Made by a program: the position numbers and the translations under genes. A stretch of 64,000 bases of DNA. Source: Takakia lepidozioides (Eukaryota; Plantae; Bryophyta). The notes beneath the pieces are model-generated. The model searched no databases. It saw only the letters and a program-made list of their open reading frames with translations, and had not been told where the DNA came from. The stretch is from NCBI GenBank assembly GCA_030704615.1, contig CM060733.1, positions 30,566,001-30,630,000 on the forward strand, in the 5' to 3' direction. This document shows, in pieces, positions 1 through 11,900 of the stretch. How positions within the stretch are numbered: position 1 is the stretch's first letter; each line of letters begins with the position of its first letter.

Positions 1-2830
1 ATACCATCAGGTCCACCAGCTTTATATCCATTTAAATGTTCAATTGCTTCCACAATCTCAGAAGAACTAATGGGAGCGTTATAAGCCATTGAAATATACT
101 CCAGTTCATCAGGGCTGTTGTGAATCATAGGAACAGTTTTTCCAACTGTGTCCCTCCATTCAGCAGAAGACCCCTCACTGTTAGACCTAGAAGTTCTGCC
201 AAGGATACTGTAGTGATTTTCAAAGGTTTTGACAATGTCAACCGATGAAGTCACCACTGCACCTTTAGTAGTCTTCAGCGCTTGTACTTGCTGACCGTTT
301 TTAGGCTTGTACAAACGTTGAAGGGCCAACCAGAATTTCTTGTCATTACCACCATGGTGGTTTGAGTTTCTTTCACTGTATAACTTGTCCCAGTATAATT
401 TCTTCTGAGACCTAACAAGCTGATTGATATCTTTACGGAGCTGGTAGTACCTCGCCCACAATTCTCTGTTGGTTTTCAAATTGCAGCACTCTTTATAAAG
501 GGCTCGTCTCTCAGCTATCTTGAGTTTGATCTCATTGGTCCACCAATTAACAGCTCTACCGCAGACAATTAGTTTCCTCCCAATGATCTTGTCAGCCACG
601 GAGGAAACGAAACTCTCCCAAGAGTCCACTGCTCTTTCGACTTCATTTCTTGCATTGTCAGAGCGAGACTGAAGTTCTTGGAGCGATTGGACAAAATGAG
701 GGAGAGCCTCTTGCAAGGCCTGGACGTACTCAGCCTTGACCTCCTCATTATGGAGTTTTTCTATGCGCCACTTCCGAATCGAATGTTTCACAGATCTCTT
801 GGTGTTGGGAAAACACCTTTTGATCTCACTCCAAACCAGGAAGTGGTCAGAGGTACCAATATCAGTTCTGTCGATCAACACATTGGCACACTGGGGAAAC
901 AAATTTTTGTCCATTATGATATAGTCCACAATGGAACGTTCCCCAGTTTGGGATTACTCACGAGTCCACTGCACTTGGTCACCTGTTGTCCTGTTATTCA
1001 AGGTCAAAAGCTGAAGCTCTTCCAGACAGTTAATTAACCGTCTGCCATTAGAATTCAGCTCGTCCTCGCCAAAAGGCCCAATGATATCGTCCTGATGGAG
1101 CCCTTTGCCCACCCGGGCATTGAAGTCACCCAATAGCACTACCTGACCTTTGGCAAGGAACGAAGCACAGTCCAGCTTTACATCTTCGAAGGCTTTGTCT
1201 GCGTCAGCACTAAGGGTCCCCTCTGTGGGCATGTAAACACAACCCACAAAGAGGTCCTTCGTACTCATGCCGCCCTTCAGATTCAGTTTTAGCCAGATAC
1301 TATGCTCGTACCTCAAACCCTTGTTGATAATTTCACAATTATCAAACAAGAAATCACGGACAAAGAATCCAACCCCTTTTTGACCCCGTTTGGCAGAGGC
1401 TGCCTTGAGAGTACACATCCTACCTGCCCATTTATAACCATTGACATCTCCAACCAGTTTATCCGATGTTTCCCATGTTTCTTGCCCAGCACAGATATAA
1501 ATATCATTAGTCCGAAGGACTTGTCCCACTTCGAGTTGTTTCCTTTGGTTAGTAAGCCCTGAGAAGTTGAAAGTGGCCAGCCGCAAGCCAGCCCTTTGCA
1601 TGTGAATTGTTTGTCGTCTAGGTAGCTTTTGATTGCTCCTGGACGGCGAACCGTTCTGCAAAGGGGGAACAGTTACCCCATGTGTAGATTTTGCTCGTCT
1701 TGTGTAGACTTTGAGAATTGGTAAGCCATTCAGGGTACCAAATCCTTCGGTTACACGACGCACAGGCTCCGCACACTTAGGGGCATATTGTCCATCAGAC
1801 TGCTTGGGGAAAATTACCCCGTGTATAGATTTTGCTCGTCTTGTGTAGACTTTAAGGATTGGTAAACCATTTAGAGTACCAAATCCTTCAGTTACACGAC
1901 GTTCAGGCTCTGCACACTTAGGGACAGATTGTCCATCTGACGGCTTGGGGACAATTACCCCGTGTATAGAATTTGTTCGCCTTGTGTAAACCTTGAGGAT
2001 TGGTAAACCATTCAGAGTACCAAATCCTTCAGATTCAGGACGTTCAGGTTCTGTACACTTAGGGGCATCTTGTCCTTCTGGCTGTTTGGATTCAACCTCA
2101 TCCAGAGCATCAAACCGATTAGAAACTCTCAAGTTGAAGTCCTTGCCCTTGGTTGTCTTCCTAGAGCGCCCCATTGAATCACCAATGTCTAAGACCGCTC
2201 TCCAGCCAGTCAAGGGACGAACTTCTTTGAGATTGAATTGATGTGGGACTCTATTAGAAGCACTTTTGGACATTGCAACCTTCAACGTACCCCTGTTATC
2301 AAGTCTCGAGATGGAACCATTAGCCAAGAAATCCAAGCCTAAGCTAGAGCATGTAGTTTTAAAGGACACATCGTCCATCCTGGGATTCACCCCAAAAACT
2401 ACACATGAAGCCCTAGATTTGGCATAAGTAACCAATTCCCAGGAATCACCCTGGGGAGTGTTGATGTTGATAGGAGCTAAAATATTGATTGATCTCGCAG
2501 GCTATAAGTTTAAGCACAGGAACCAACCCGAGCCCAAGTGCCGAGCATGCTATACAGAGCATACGACTGCCCAAATTGGGCGGAGGGGCTGCCCCCAAGC
2601 GGTAGGGGTCCGCTTGTTACCATTCAGAGATCACACTCCAGGGAGTTGCAGGGAATGGCCCGTGTAGGCATATTCTAAAGAGGGAAAGGCCCCAAGCTTT
2701 CCAACATGCACTACCTTACCTGGAGCAAAGCGCTTCAGGTCGAAACAAACAAGGACACGAGGTCACAAGGCCGGCATTTAGTCAGAGACATTCATGTACT
2801 CCCGTATCAAGACCACCCAATCGAAATAGG
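1..2830 (-). mobile_element. LINE (non-LTR retrotransposon), APE-endonuclease plus start of RT; runs off the left edge
   Basis: ORF 954..2435 has APE motifs (LATFNFSG, GQETW, VGCVYMP, LLGDFNARVG, LNSNGRRL). After one in-frame TAA at 954-956 the same frame continues with IVDYII, TSDHFLV, NWWTNEIK, KKFW and KAGGPDG (RT N-terminus) to position 1. The 5' boundary near 2830 is approximate. Confidence 0.9.
1665..2066 (-). repeat. ~3 tandem copies of a 141-bp (47-aa) unit in the LINE ORF N-terminal region
   Basis: PKC.EP.R...EGFGTLNGLPILKVYTRR...HGV occurs three times; cacttaggg recurs at ~1774, ~1915 and ~2056 (period 141). Confidence 0.95.
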
Positions 2831-2933
2831 CTTCCTAGAGGACAGGGAGAAACAATAGGAGAAACAGAGAGAAGAATTAACTACATCCTTGGGAGGTGCA
2901 ATACAACAGAGAAACCAGGGTTTGGGAGAGGAC

Positions 2934-5900
2934 TCACTTTGCTCGAAGGGAGCGTGTTGCATCCTCCAAGGCATCTTTCTTGTCACTTATGATATCCAGC
3001 AATTCCTCTTCACTTTCAATCTGTTGAGTGTTGCTCTTGATTTGGTCAAGAGCACTGTTCAGCGTCATGAGCCACTCATCCATATTGGCCTGTACACATC
3101 AAACCAGGTATTGACTACTAGCCACTTGATTTCCATCATACAACAATGATCTGGATGTGAAGTACACTGGACCATGCATCAAAGAAGAATCCACAGGGGT
3201 GTATACCCTTTCTCTCTAGAATCTACACAAGGACTCTGACCTGATGTTCTGGGACAGGGAAGCAGGAGGCCAGGAACAATGGAGGACACTTGTCATCACG
3301 CAACAAATTGCCATGGAAAATATTTGGCAGTTGCTGATTGACCAAAAATAGTTTCCTGGATGTACTGATGCAACGTCTACAATGCACTGGGGAAGCTATG
3401 TGAACCAAATTCTAGTATGATTAATCGGGGAATTACTTATGCATAAGTCCAAACATCTCTGGTTTGACTTCATTTGTATCGAGTCCTGTACCTGCAGGGG
3501 GCAAGCCTCAGAAATGAAGGCTTCGACATAACCCTTGTCATTGAGCGCCATTCGTGTGAAGGCTGCACGTGCCTCTCGCTGGTAGCGCTCTATAGGAGAT
3601 AAAGGCTCAAGCAGCCTTTGCCTGACATAATGCAGATGACGCTGCAATTGCCGAACAATAAATCCTGCGATGGTTACACCCTCCTCCAAACTTATGCGAT
3701 CTGACAATATGATCGATGGAGATATTTCTTCTGGTACATCCATAGCTTGGCTTCCTGCTTCTACAGGTTGAACGTAAGTGTCAGCAACAACTTAGAAAGA
3801 AAGGTCATCATCATGTATCATATCATAGTCTTTACTTTCACCCCCAATTTGTTGCTGGTTGGTGTGGGGGCTAGCTTATGGCAGACACTGATTTATCTCC
3901 AGGTTATTCATGCACTCATTTTGTTACGATCACAAGTCAGTTATCAGAAGTGATCATATTGCTACCCTTAATACATCATGACAATATGCTACAATGTCAC
4001 TTTACCCTGTCCTAAGTATTAGTGAGGTTCATTACCTGCAGTTCTCTCAGTCAACCTTGTTGGCCAGAGTTCCTCGGAGGTTACTCCTGTGTCGGTAGAA
4101 AGCTGGAGTAAATTTTCATCGTCACCATCCAGATGATTCTCAATGTCGTTTGTGTTCTCAAGGTTGCCCTCCTCCCTCTCATGACCTGTCTTGTCTCCTG
4201 ATCCGTCCTGCTCACACTGTCCATTGCCAAGCTCAGCAGTATCCAGGTTGAATCTGGACAAACCATTGTCTTCCTTGATCTCCACTGTTGCAATGAGTAA
4301 GTTGTTGCATGTCGCAAATTTCCAGATATGGTCGGGTACTCGTCCAGTGCTCTTTAACAGTATCAAGGGGTCTCCAATCACAACCATGGCTCCAGCAAGT
4401 GTAGACACAAATTGCCCAATTTTCATTAGCGATGCTTTCCTGTAATTGAAGGGCTTTTGCATCTCCTTCAGGAAAGTAATAGGAAGCCCAGTAAGGACGG
4501 GGGATTTTTCCTCAAAGATCATGGTGAAGTTTCTGATTATTTTCGCCTGAATGGTTCCATCCCTGATATTGATGCATATAGTCATCAGAAGAACCAGCAA
4601 GCGAAGGACAGCCATAGGCAGAAATGTGGCATGGTCAAGTTTTGCATGCTGCAGCCAGGTCTCAAATTGGGTGACATGAAAAAGAAGGTCAAGTATCACA
4701 TCAACAATACATTTCAAGGTATCTGCAGAAGTTAGACAAACCCAAGTTTATCAGAATGGTGTTTCAAGCTATGTCAAGTCTACCACTGGTACCTGAGTAT
4801 CCCACTTGCCATGAGCAGACTCACAGTGCATCTGCGATGATAAAAAACCAGTGTCGGAACAAACACTTTTAGCTAGATCTCACATAGATGTGAGACTCAT
4901 TTCATGATGGGACCACAACTGACATTTTGCATCAGGTCAGGGATGAAGACAGAAACACTAGCAAGAGAGAAAAGAAGTTGGAGGGTTATGAATGTGGTCC
5001 AGCAATGCCACCCCACTAAAGCACAGTTCAGAGAAAGACAGTACCTGTAAGTTTACCACAGTCTCTCGTGCATCTGGAATTGAGTAACATGGTATAGTAG
5101 GGCTCTTGGTGTCTGCCACCCATATGAATCAGAGCCAGATTCTTTGGCAGAACGATGCTCCTCAGATGTGAGGAGCATGTGCATGTTCTCACTACCACTC
5201 TCTCCAACAAGGCCAGGAAAACGAAAGGAGTTATGTACCCCTGTGCCCACCACTGGAGATCGTAGAAGACTGACTTCAATGAGATAGTGAATTTGTGCGC
5301 ATTCCAACTCCAGAAAGAACATCGACATATGTCCCGTGACACTGCTGTGGAGAGGGTAATGCTGTGCTCCCCACAAGAAATGCTCCAAAGCTTGAGCATG
5401 CATTGGTTTGGCATCTTCTGTAGTGCCCGACCGACAGCCTGGGAACACCTCCCTGAAACCCACTCCTTGCTTAGAAAGGGGTTCAAAGTAATCAGTTTAC
5501 CGATTTCATCGTATGTCATATTCTTGACTGCTGGATCCCCAGCCCCTTTGGTTTTAGTCTGACTAAAATGAACAGCAAGTGACTCCAAGACAGCCAATGA
5601 TTTCGCATCCTCTCGTGCAATCAAAACATTTTGCATGCTTTCCAGTTGGTTGGGGATCGCCAGTGTCATATACAGATGCATCAAACACAGTTGTTGTCTT
5701 TGGCATAGCAGTACTTGTGCTTCTTTTTCCCACGTCCTGCTATCCAGCAATGCTTGTACAACTCTGTATGAATCCACCATAAGCTTCAAACGTGCACCCG
5801 TTGTAGGCTGGAAATGTCTATCAAGAGTTGAAAATGCAGTCAATTTGTTGTCTGAATTCAAATCTTCCTCAGCCCCTGCGAATACCTCCGAAACTTTCAA

Positions 5901-8900
5901 CCCAGTGTGCAGTAACTGTCCAACCCAAAACTTCACAGCCAATGATGCAAATGTCATGGTGCCTATTTGACCCCGCTTATTTTCCTTGGGAAGAGGCATT
6001 ACACTGGTATTCTCCAACCAAGCAAAATTCATATCTTCCACTATTAAAGATTGTGGTTGAGAGTGCTTTGCCACCCCTAGATGCAGGAAGACAAATTCCA
6101 ACAAATTTTCATCATCAGCTGTATCCCGCCCCTTCAGGAGTCTCTCAAGGGCCTGTATCAAAGATACCAAAAACTGGCACCAATGTTCCCACACTTCATG
6201 TAGTTGAAGATCCTCTGCCTTCTCATAGGCAGCATGTGTGATATTACACCCATTCTTGGGTGCCTGTACAAATTTTATCTGCGGCGGCTCTGTAGAAGGA
6301 GCTGTATACAGAGACTTAAACATGGCTAGGGCTGCATCTATGACAAGGTGGCATGAAATCACTTCAAGCCTAACCTTTTTCTGGGCCTTAGATCTTCCCC
6401 AGTTCTCCTTGTATAGCTCAAATGTTCCAGAGTTTACCGATTGCAAAACCTTGATTTCATCTAGTAATGCAGTGTCAACGCCATTCCCTTCATTTTCTGC
6501 CAGATCTCTAGCTTTCTCCAGCAGCTGGGTTGTCTCATTGGTAGGCCTGAGAGGCCAACCGTTGTTGCCATTCCCCCACAGCATCTCCAACCACACAACC
6601 TGAAGCATTTTCACAACTGCCTGCCCAAAACACCCAGCCTGTTGCAGCAATGCAGCTGAAAGGTTCATATCCCCCTTTGCCTCTGCCAATTCAGCAGCTT
6701 TTGTGAAGTTCCCCGCGGCCTCCTCTATCTCGAGAAGTTGGTCGAAGTAATCTCTCCTGAGGAGAAATGACCTTCTTGAAACCAAACTAGGGAACAACAA
6801 CACAAATCTCATCATCCCTTCCACGTTCTTCTGCTGATGATGATAATGTGCACATTTCTTGAGGAAGTCAGTCTTCACTGAGTCGAACTCCTCCCACCCC
6901 TTTGCTTCACAGATTGTCTTTCTGCATCCTCTGTGGGCTGACAGTCCATCCGCAGCTTTGGATGGCCCTGTAAACTCTTGAATACCTTTAATTGCTGTGC
7001 CTTTAATGGTTGTCTGACTGTTTCGCTCCAGCTCCCACTCATAGATAAAAGACAATCCAATAACCAGAAGTTTGCCTCGCCAGCAAGCATTTAGACATTT
7101 GTTGGGGCATATGTGGAAGTAGGCATTGGCTGCCTCCCCCCAGCATTTTGCCTCACTGAAGCAGTGTCCGGCATCTTCCAGTCTAGGAGGAGTACATATG
7201 TCTCGATAAACTTGTCCTGTCAGTCAAAACATAAAAACTTTAGTGAACATGGTCAGAATATGATGTCTAGGGCTTCAGACAAACAAGAACATATTTGTAC
7301 CAGACTTTGTGGCGGCTGAGGGCCTTACATCCTGCTCAATTAACAGACATCCTGCGTTGTAATAAGGAATCCCAAGGATGACTTGCATGAAATTGAAACA
7401 ACTTCAGGGTGGAAGTGCATCTGTTACAATAACTTACCAGCTTTCTTATGGTCTCCCAATTTGCTGTAGCATTTTGCTGCACTTTCCCCTTTACAGAGAG
7501 AGACATATCTCTCGGCAGCATCCCGTAGAAGGCGGCCTGCTTCATGGGGGTTTATGCCTTGCAGCCTCTCTGCGGCCTGCTGAAGGCTTGCAGCTTTTGC
7601 CCATTGAGCCCTGGATGTATCCCCTGCTCGCTCAAAGCATAATTCTGCTGCGTCATAGTGATGCTCATTGAACATCTGTGCCATGCACACACTAAATATG
7701 TTATGTACTATCCTCACGGAGGTATGATCACAAGAAAACAGTTCTGGCTGACTGGCCACACTTAGTCAATGCTCTGGGGTGCATCCAGACCTAGAAAGCC
7801 TCGAAGACCAAGTCTATAATCCAGCCTGCAGGACCTCAGGGGCTTGATTCAAGTACCTTGATTCCTGGCCTTATCCAGTCCTCCACGGTACTCTTTCCCT
7901 GCAATTCTTCAGCAAGGGATGCATCCAACCGCTTCACCTGCACCAGGCCTGCAGCCTTCCAGTAGTCTAGCATGGGGCGATGATGCTCAATGCTCTCGTC
8001 ATAGATCCAAAGCCTCTGCCGTGCCCTTGTCAACACGACGTAGAGTTGTTTCAACTCCGAGCACAAGAGATTGTGCCGATTTGGATCAAAATGTGGGAAA
8101 TTCACCTGGCTCTTCTCCTGTTCTGATAGGGGGATGTGCTCAACCATGAAAGAATAAACCACTCTCCATTTATTTTCCAATGGAGAATCAGCAAAAAAGT
8201 TGTATAGTAGGACATCCTGCAGCCATGCTCCACAGTTGGGTGAGCCTATCCCCTCTTTGCTGAAGTTGCACTGGATTTCTAACAGTTCCAATAGCTAGCA
8301 TTCATTGTGACTATACTTTGTCAGGCACGTTCGGACCCCACTTACCACTGTCATGCAGAAAACAGATAGAGGTCTTGTTTAAAATTTTCATACCTGAAAC
8401 TCCAGCCCTTTGCATTCATGGACACTGAGGACAAGACCTCTCCGACCAAGCCGATCAACCATCCGACGCTTGGTCTCAGTATCACGGACCAGGATAACCT
8501 GCTCTGCTCCAAATTCACAGCCACCTCCCCCAGCCGCCCCTCCTCTATCGAAGAGGGTGGCAACCAAGTCATTTTCTTCTGTTTCCAGAAACACAGGGGT
8601 TTCCCCATGAAGCAAGCTGCTTTCAGGATCCAGTTTATCTACAGAGTTTGGGAAAAAGTGGTGCAGTAACTGAACCGTGCTGTCTGCAATTCTGACAATC
8701 CCCATATGTGTCCTGAAGTTCATGCTCAAATGGTGGAGGTCTGGCACCTTGGAGGCTCTTCGACTATATTTGCGGCACTGTTGCCCTCTCAGCCCTCCAA
8801 CAGCCCTACCTGTATTGTTGCCAATCTCATTGTGTTCTGTTGTTGGAGAGATAGAGGGACACAAGTGGGGAAGTTCAATTTCCGTCTCTTCCCTTCCGAG

Positions 8901-11900
8901 AAACTCTGTATAAAACAATCGCCGGATATCTTGAAACCGAAACCCAACACCTCTGGCAATTGTTTGTGCAGTATCACCAGCAAACACAAAGCCCTCCTCC
9001 AGATTGTCGCAGACAAATTTATAGAGTGCAATCTGGGCCTGCGTGAAATCTTGCACCTCATCAACATATACAAAGTGCAACTTTTGGCCTAAATACCCTC
9101 CATTCCGCAACTGCCAAGAGAGGTGAGATACAAAATCAGCCATATCATAATCCCTAGTTTCTCTTTTTTTCTTCTCATACTGCAGGAACACCGAGTAAAT
9201 GTCCTCTCGCTGCTGTTCATCAAAAATTGAGACCCGCCTTTCAGACATAGCAAGGTAGTCCTTCTTGCTTAGTTGGCCTGTTGGGTTCCGAAGGGCCTCC
9301 AGGCTGCCCTTGATGTAGGACATTATTTCAGTATATACGAGAGAGGCATCCAGCTTTTTGGTCACTCTGGTGTTGAGATGCGGCCAATAGAAAGACACAA
9401 ATCTCTCGTAGTCCACTTCTGTTCGTCTCAGCCGCTGGTCTTTTCTCTGCAGCCCTCCCCTGGTGGTGTCAAGGCCACCCTCCAAGGTGATCTCACAGAC
9501 ATCCTCCTCCTCACTGGAGTATCCATTATCTTCCAGAGGATCTATGTGGTCATCTTGGTCTTCCTCAATGCATTCCCCATCAGTCAAATTTGCTTCAATA
9601 TCTGCAGCAGAAGATTCTTCTTCCAGACTAACAATCTTATTATCTGCACATGGACTGGAAGACAAGAAAGGGTTTTCAATGCTGCCATCGAGCATAGTCA
9701 AAAACTTTCGGAAAGTTATGACTAAAGGATATGCATCATTGGGAACATTGGAAAAGCTATTTGGGATCGATCCCATGAGCTTGGCTTCTTGCTCCTCATC
9801 CAGCATCATTTCTTCATAGACCTCATCACTCCCCGGATCTATCCCTCCATCGGCTTCCCGCATTGACCTGCAGGAGATAGCATCATGGCAAAGCACAACA
9901 TGATCAGATTTAGTAAGAACTGCCTTGAGGCATAGTCCATCAAAACACACAGATGACACACCCAACAAAATGAATGGTACGTTATACCGTCTGTGGGAAG
10001 CTCAAAGAGCTCATGGAACAAAAAGGGGGCTTGCAAATCCAGAGTCTTCAGTCTCCAAGAACATGATCTTACAGGTGCTTGCTTTTATATTGCATGACTC
10101 TGGCGATCCCAGCAGAAAAGCATCAACAGTTTAGGCAAGCCAACTATCTTGTGAACTTTCTGTGGAGAGGAGCAAGAGGGGTCCAAGTGCGAGCACCTCG
10201 TACCTACGGGTCTTGCCAATATGGTGCTTGACGGCTGCACACAGCTTGGGGCTGAGTGTAACGAGAGCTTGTCTCAGGACTGCTGTGTCTTTAGAAATTT
10301 TCAGACGTCCACAAGCATCGTTTTCAGCTTGCTGGCATACAGACAACATACCGTTTGTTGCAATCCAAAATTCCTGTTCTCGCCGTAGTAGCTTTGTGCT
10401 GATAACAGTTGTTTTTCCAGTTCCAGATCTACCGATGATGAATGAGCTCATCGGATACTGAATAATTGCCACCTCTTGTTCATTGACCTCAAAGGGTAAC
10501 TCCACCTTTGAGCCATCTGAGGCTGTCAGCAACTGCCGGGCTATGCCAGAGGAGAGGGAATAGAACTTCATCAACAGAACACTCTCATCCACTAGTCCAT
10601 TAGGTGAGCCCCGTGGAGCTCCTCTCTCTCTAGGTTCGCGTCGCTCCAAAGCCTTGTACCAGGTGAAGTAGGGGTCCCACTCCCATTTAGTGGGAATAAC
10701 CAATTTTCGAGTCCTGCTCCACAACATCACCCATGTTCAAAACATGCCCGGTTTCCTAAGGAGGAAAACAAATGAAGTGAAAAATAAAATGAAATGATAC
10801 TTTTTAACATCTGCTGAAAGATCAAAGAGCTTGACAAGAAAGCATGAAACAAGAGAAATAAATGGGACTTTATAATGTCCACAGAAAGCTCAGGGAGCTT
10901 ATGGGGTAAAAAGAAACAAGAAACAAGAAAGAGAACAATAGACAAAGAGTGAAGCCAGAAGCAGAGCCCAAAAGCAACTACTGCTCAAGCTTCGTGCAGA
11001 TGGCATTTCTGATCCTCATAATGGAAGACTTCTTTTAGAGACTGTGTTATCTCCCACACATCTCATAGTAAAGAGGGTAGTAAAAGAAGTGTACAATGGT
11101 TGGGCCCCGTGCAGGCTGGGCACAGGCGGTCTTCTCACTGCAGGTTTTCCCACCTACCAGTCTCTATCCGTAAATTGTGGGAGCCCACCCTGAACCGCCC
11201 CAATGCCTCAGAAGAGAGGGAGATAAAGGTGCACATAGGTAACTAGACCGCAAGATTCTATCATCATGGAGAAATGAAATGAAATGAAATGGTGCTTTAT
11301 AACGTCCGCGGAAAGCTCGTAGAGCTTATGGGACAAAATGGAAGAAAACATGAGAGAGGAACAAATCCAGAAACCACAATTAATGTTCTAACGATTGTCT
11401 AAGGGTGAAGGCCTCGTGTAGGTAGGCTGCCACGCATTTTTGATCCTCATAGTGAAAAACATCAGTGAGAGTTTGGGTTCCACTGAATAAACAGTGAAAT
11501 CTCCACCGGATCTCGTAGTATAGAGGGCAGTAGAAGAAGAAGTGTTCTTCAGTTTCAATTTCCTTGCTGCGCCCTATGCAAGCTGGACATAGGCGGTCCT
11601 CCCGTTGCAGGTTTTCCCATCTGCCAGTCTCTATCCGTAGGTTGTGGGAACCCACCCTGAACCGCCCCAATGCCCTCAAGAGGGAAGGAGATAAGGGTGC
11701 TGAAAGGTAATTTGGTCTCAAGATTCTATCATCGCGGAGCACCAAGAATGTCTCTCGATAGAAGTGGAGCTTTGTCGTGAGATTGGGTAGCATCCAAGTT
11801 CTCTTGACATGTAATTCCATAAGCTCTCTCCGAATGAGTCTGTTGCGGTCATGTCTGGATGTGATGTCCACCTCATCTGGGTTCATTGGTAATAGGAAAG

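Noticed and set aside
954-956. ORF1/ORF2 boundary at the LINE TAA
   Set aside because: The stop falls inside the APE domain (before IVDY and SDH), so it is a nonsense mutation.
5287-9819. Numerous plus-strand ORFs opposite the helicase exons
   Set aside because: Antisense shadows of long coding exons with no recognisable motifs.
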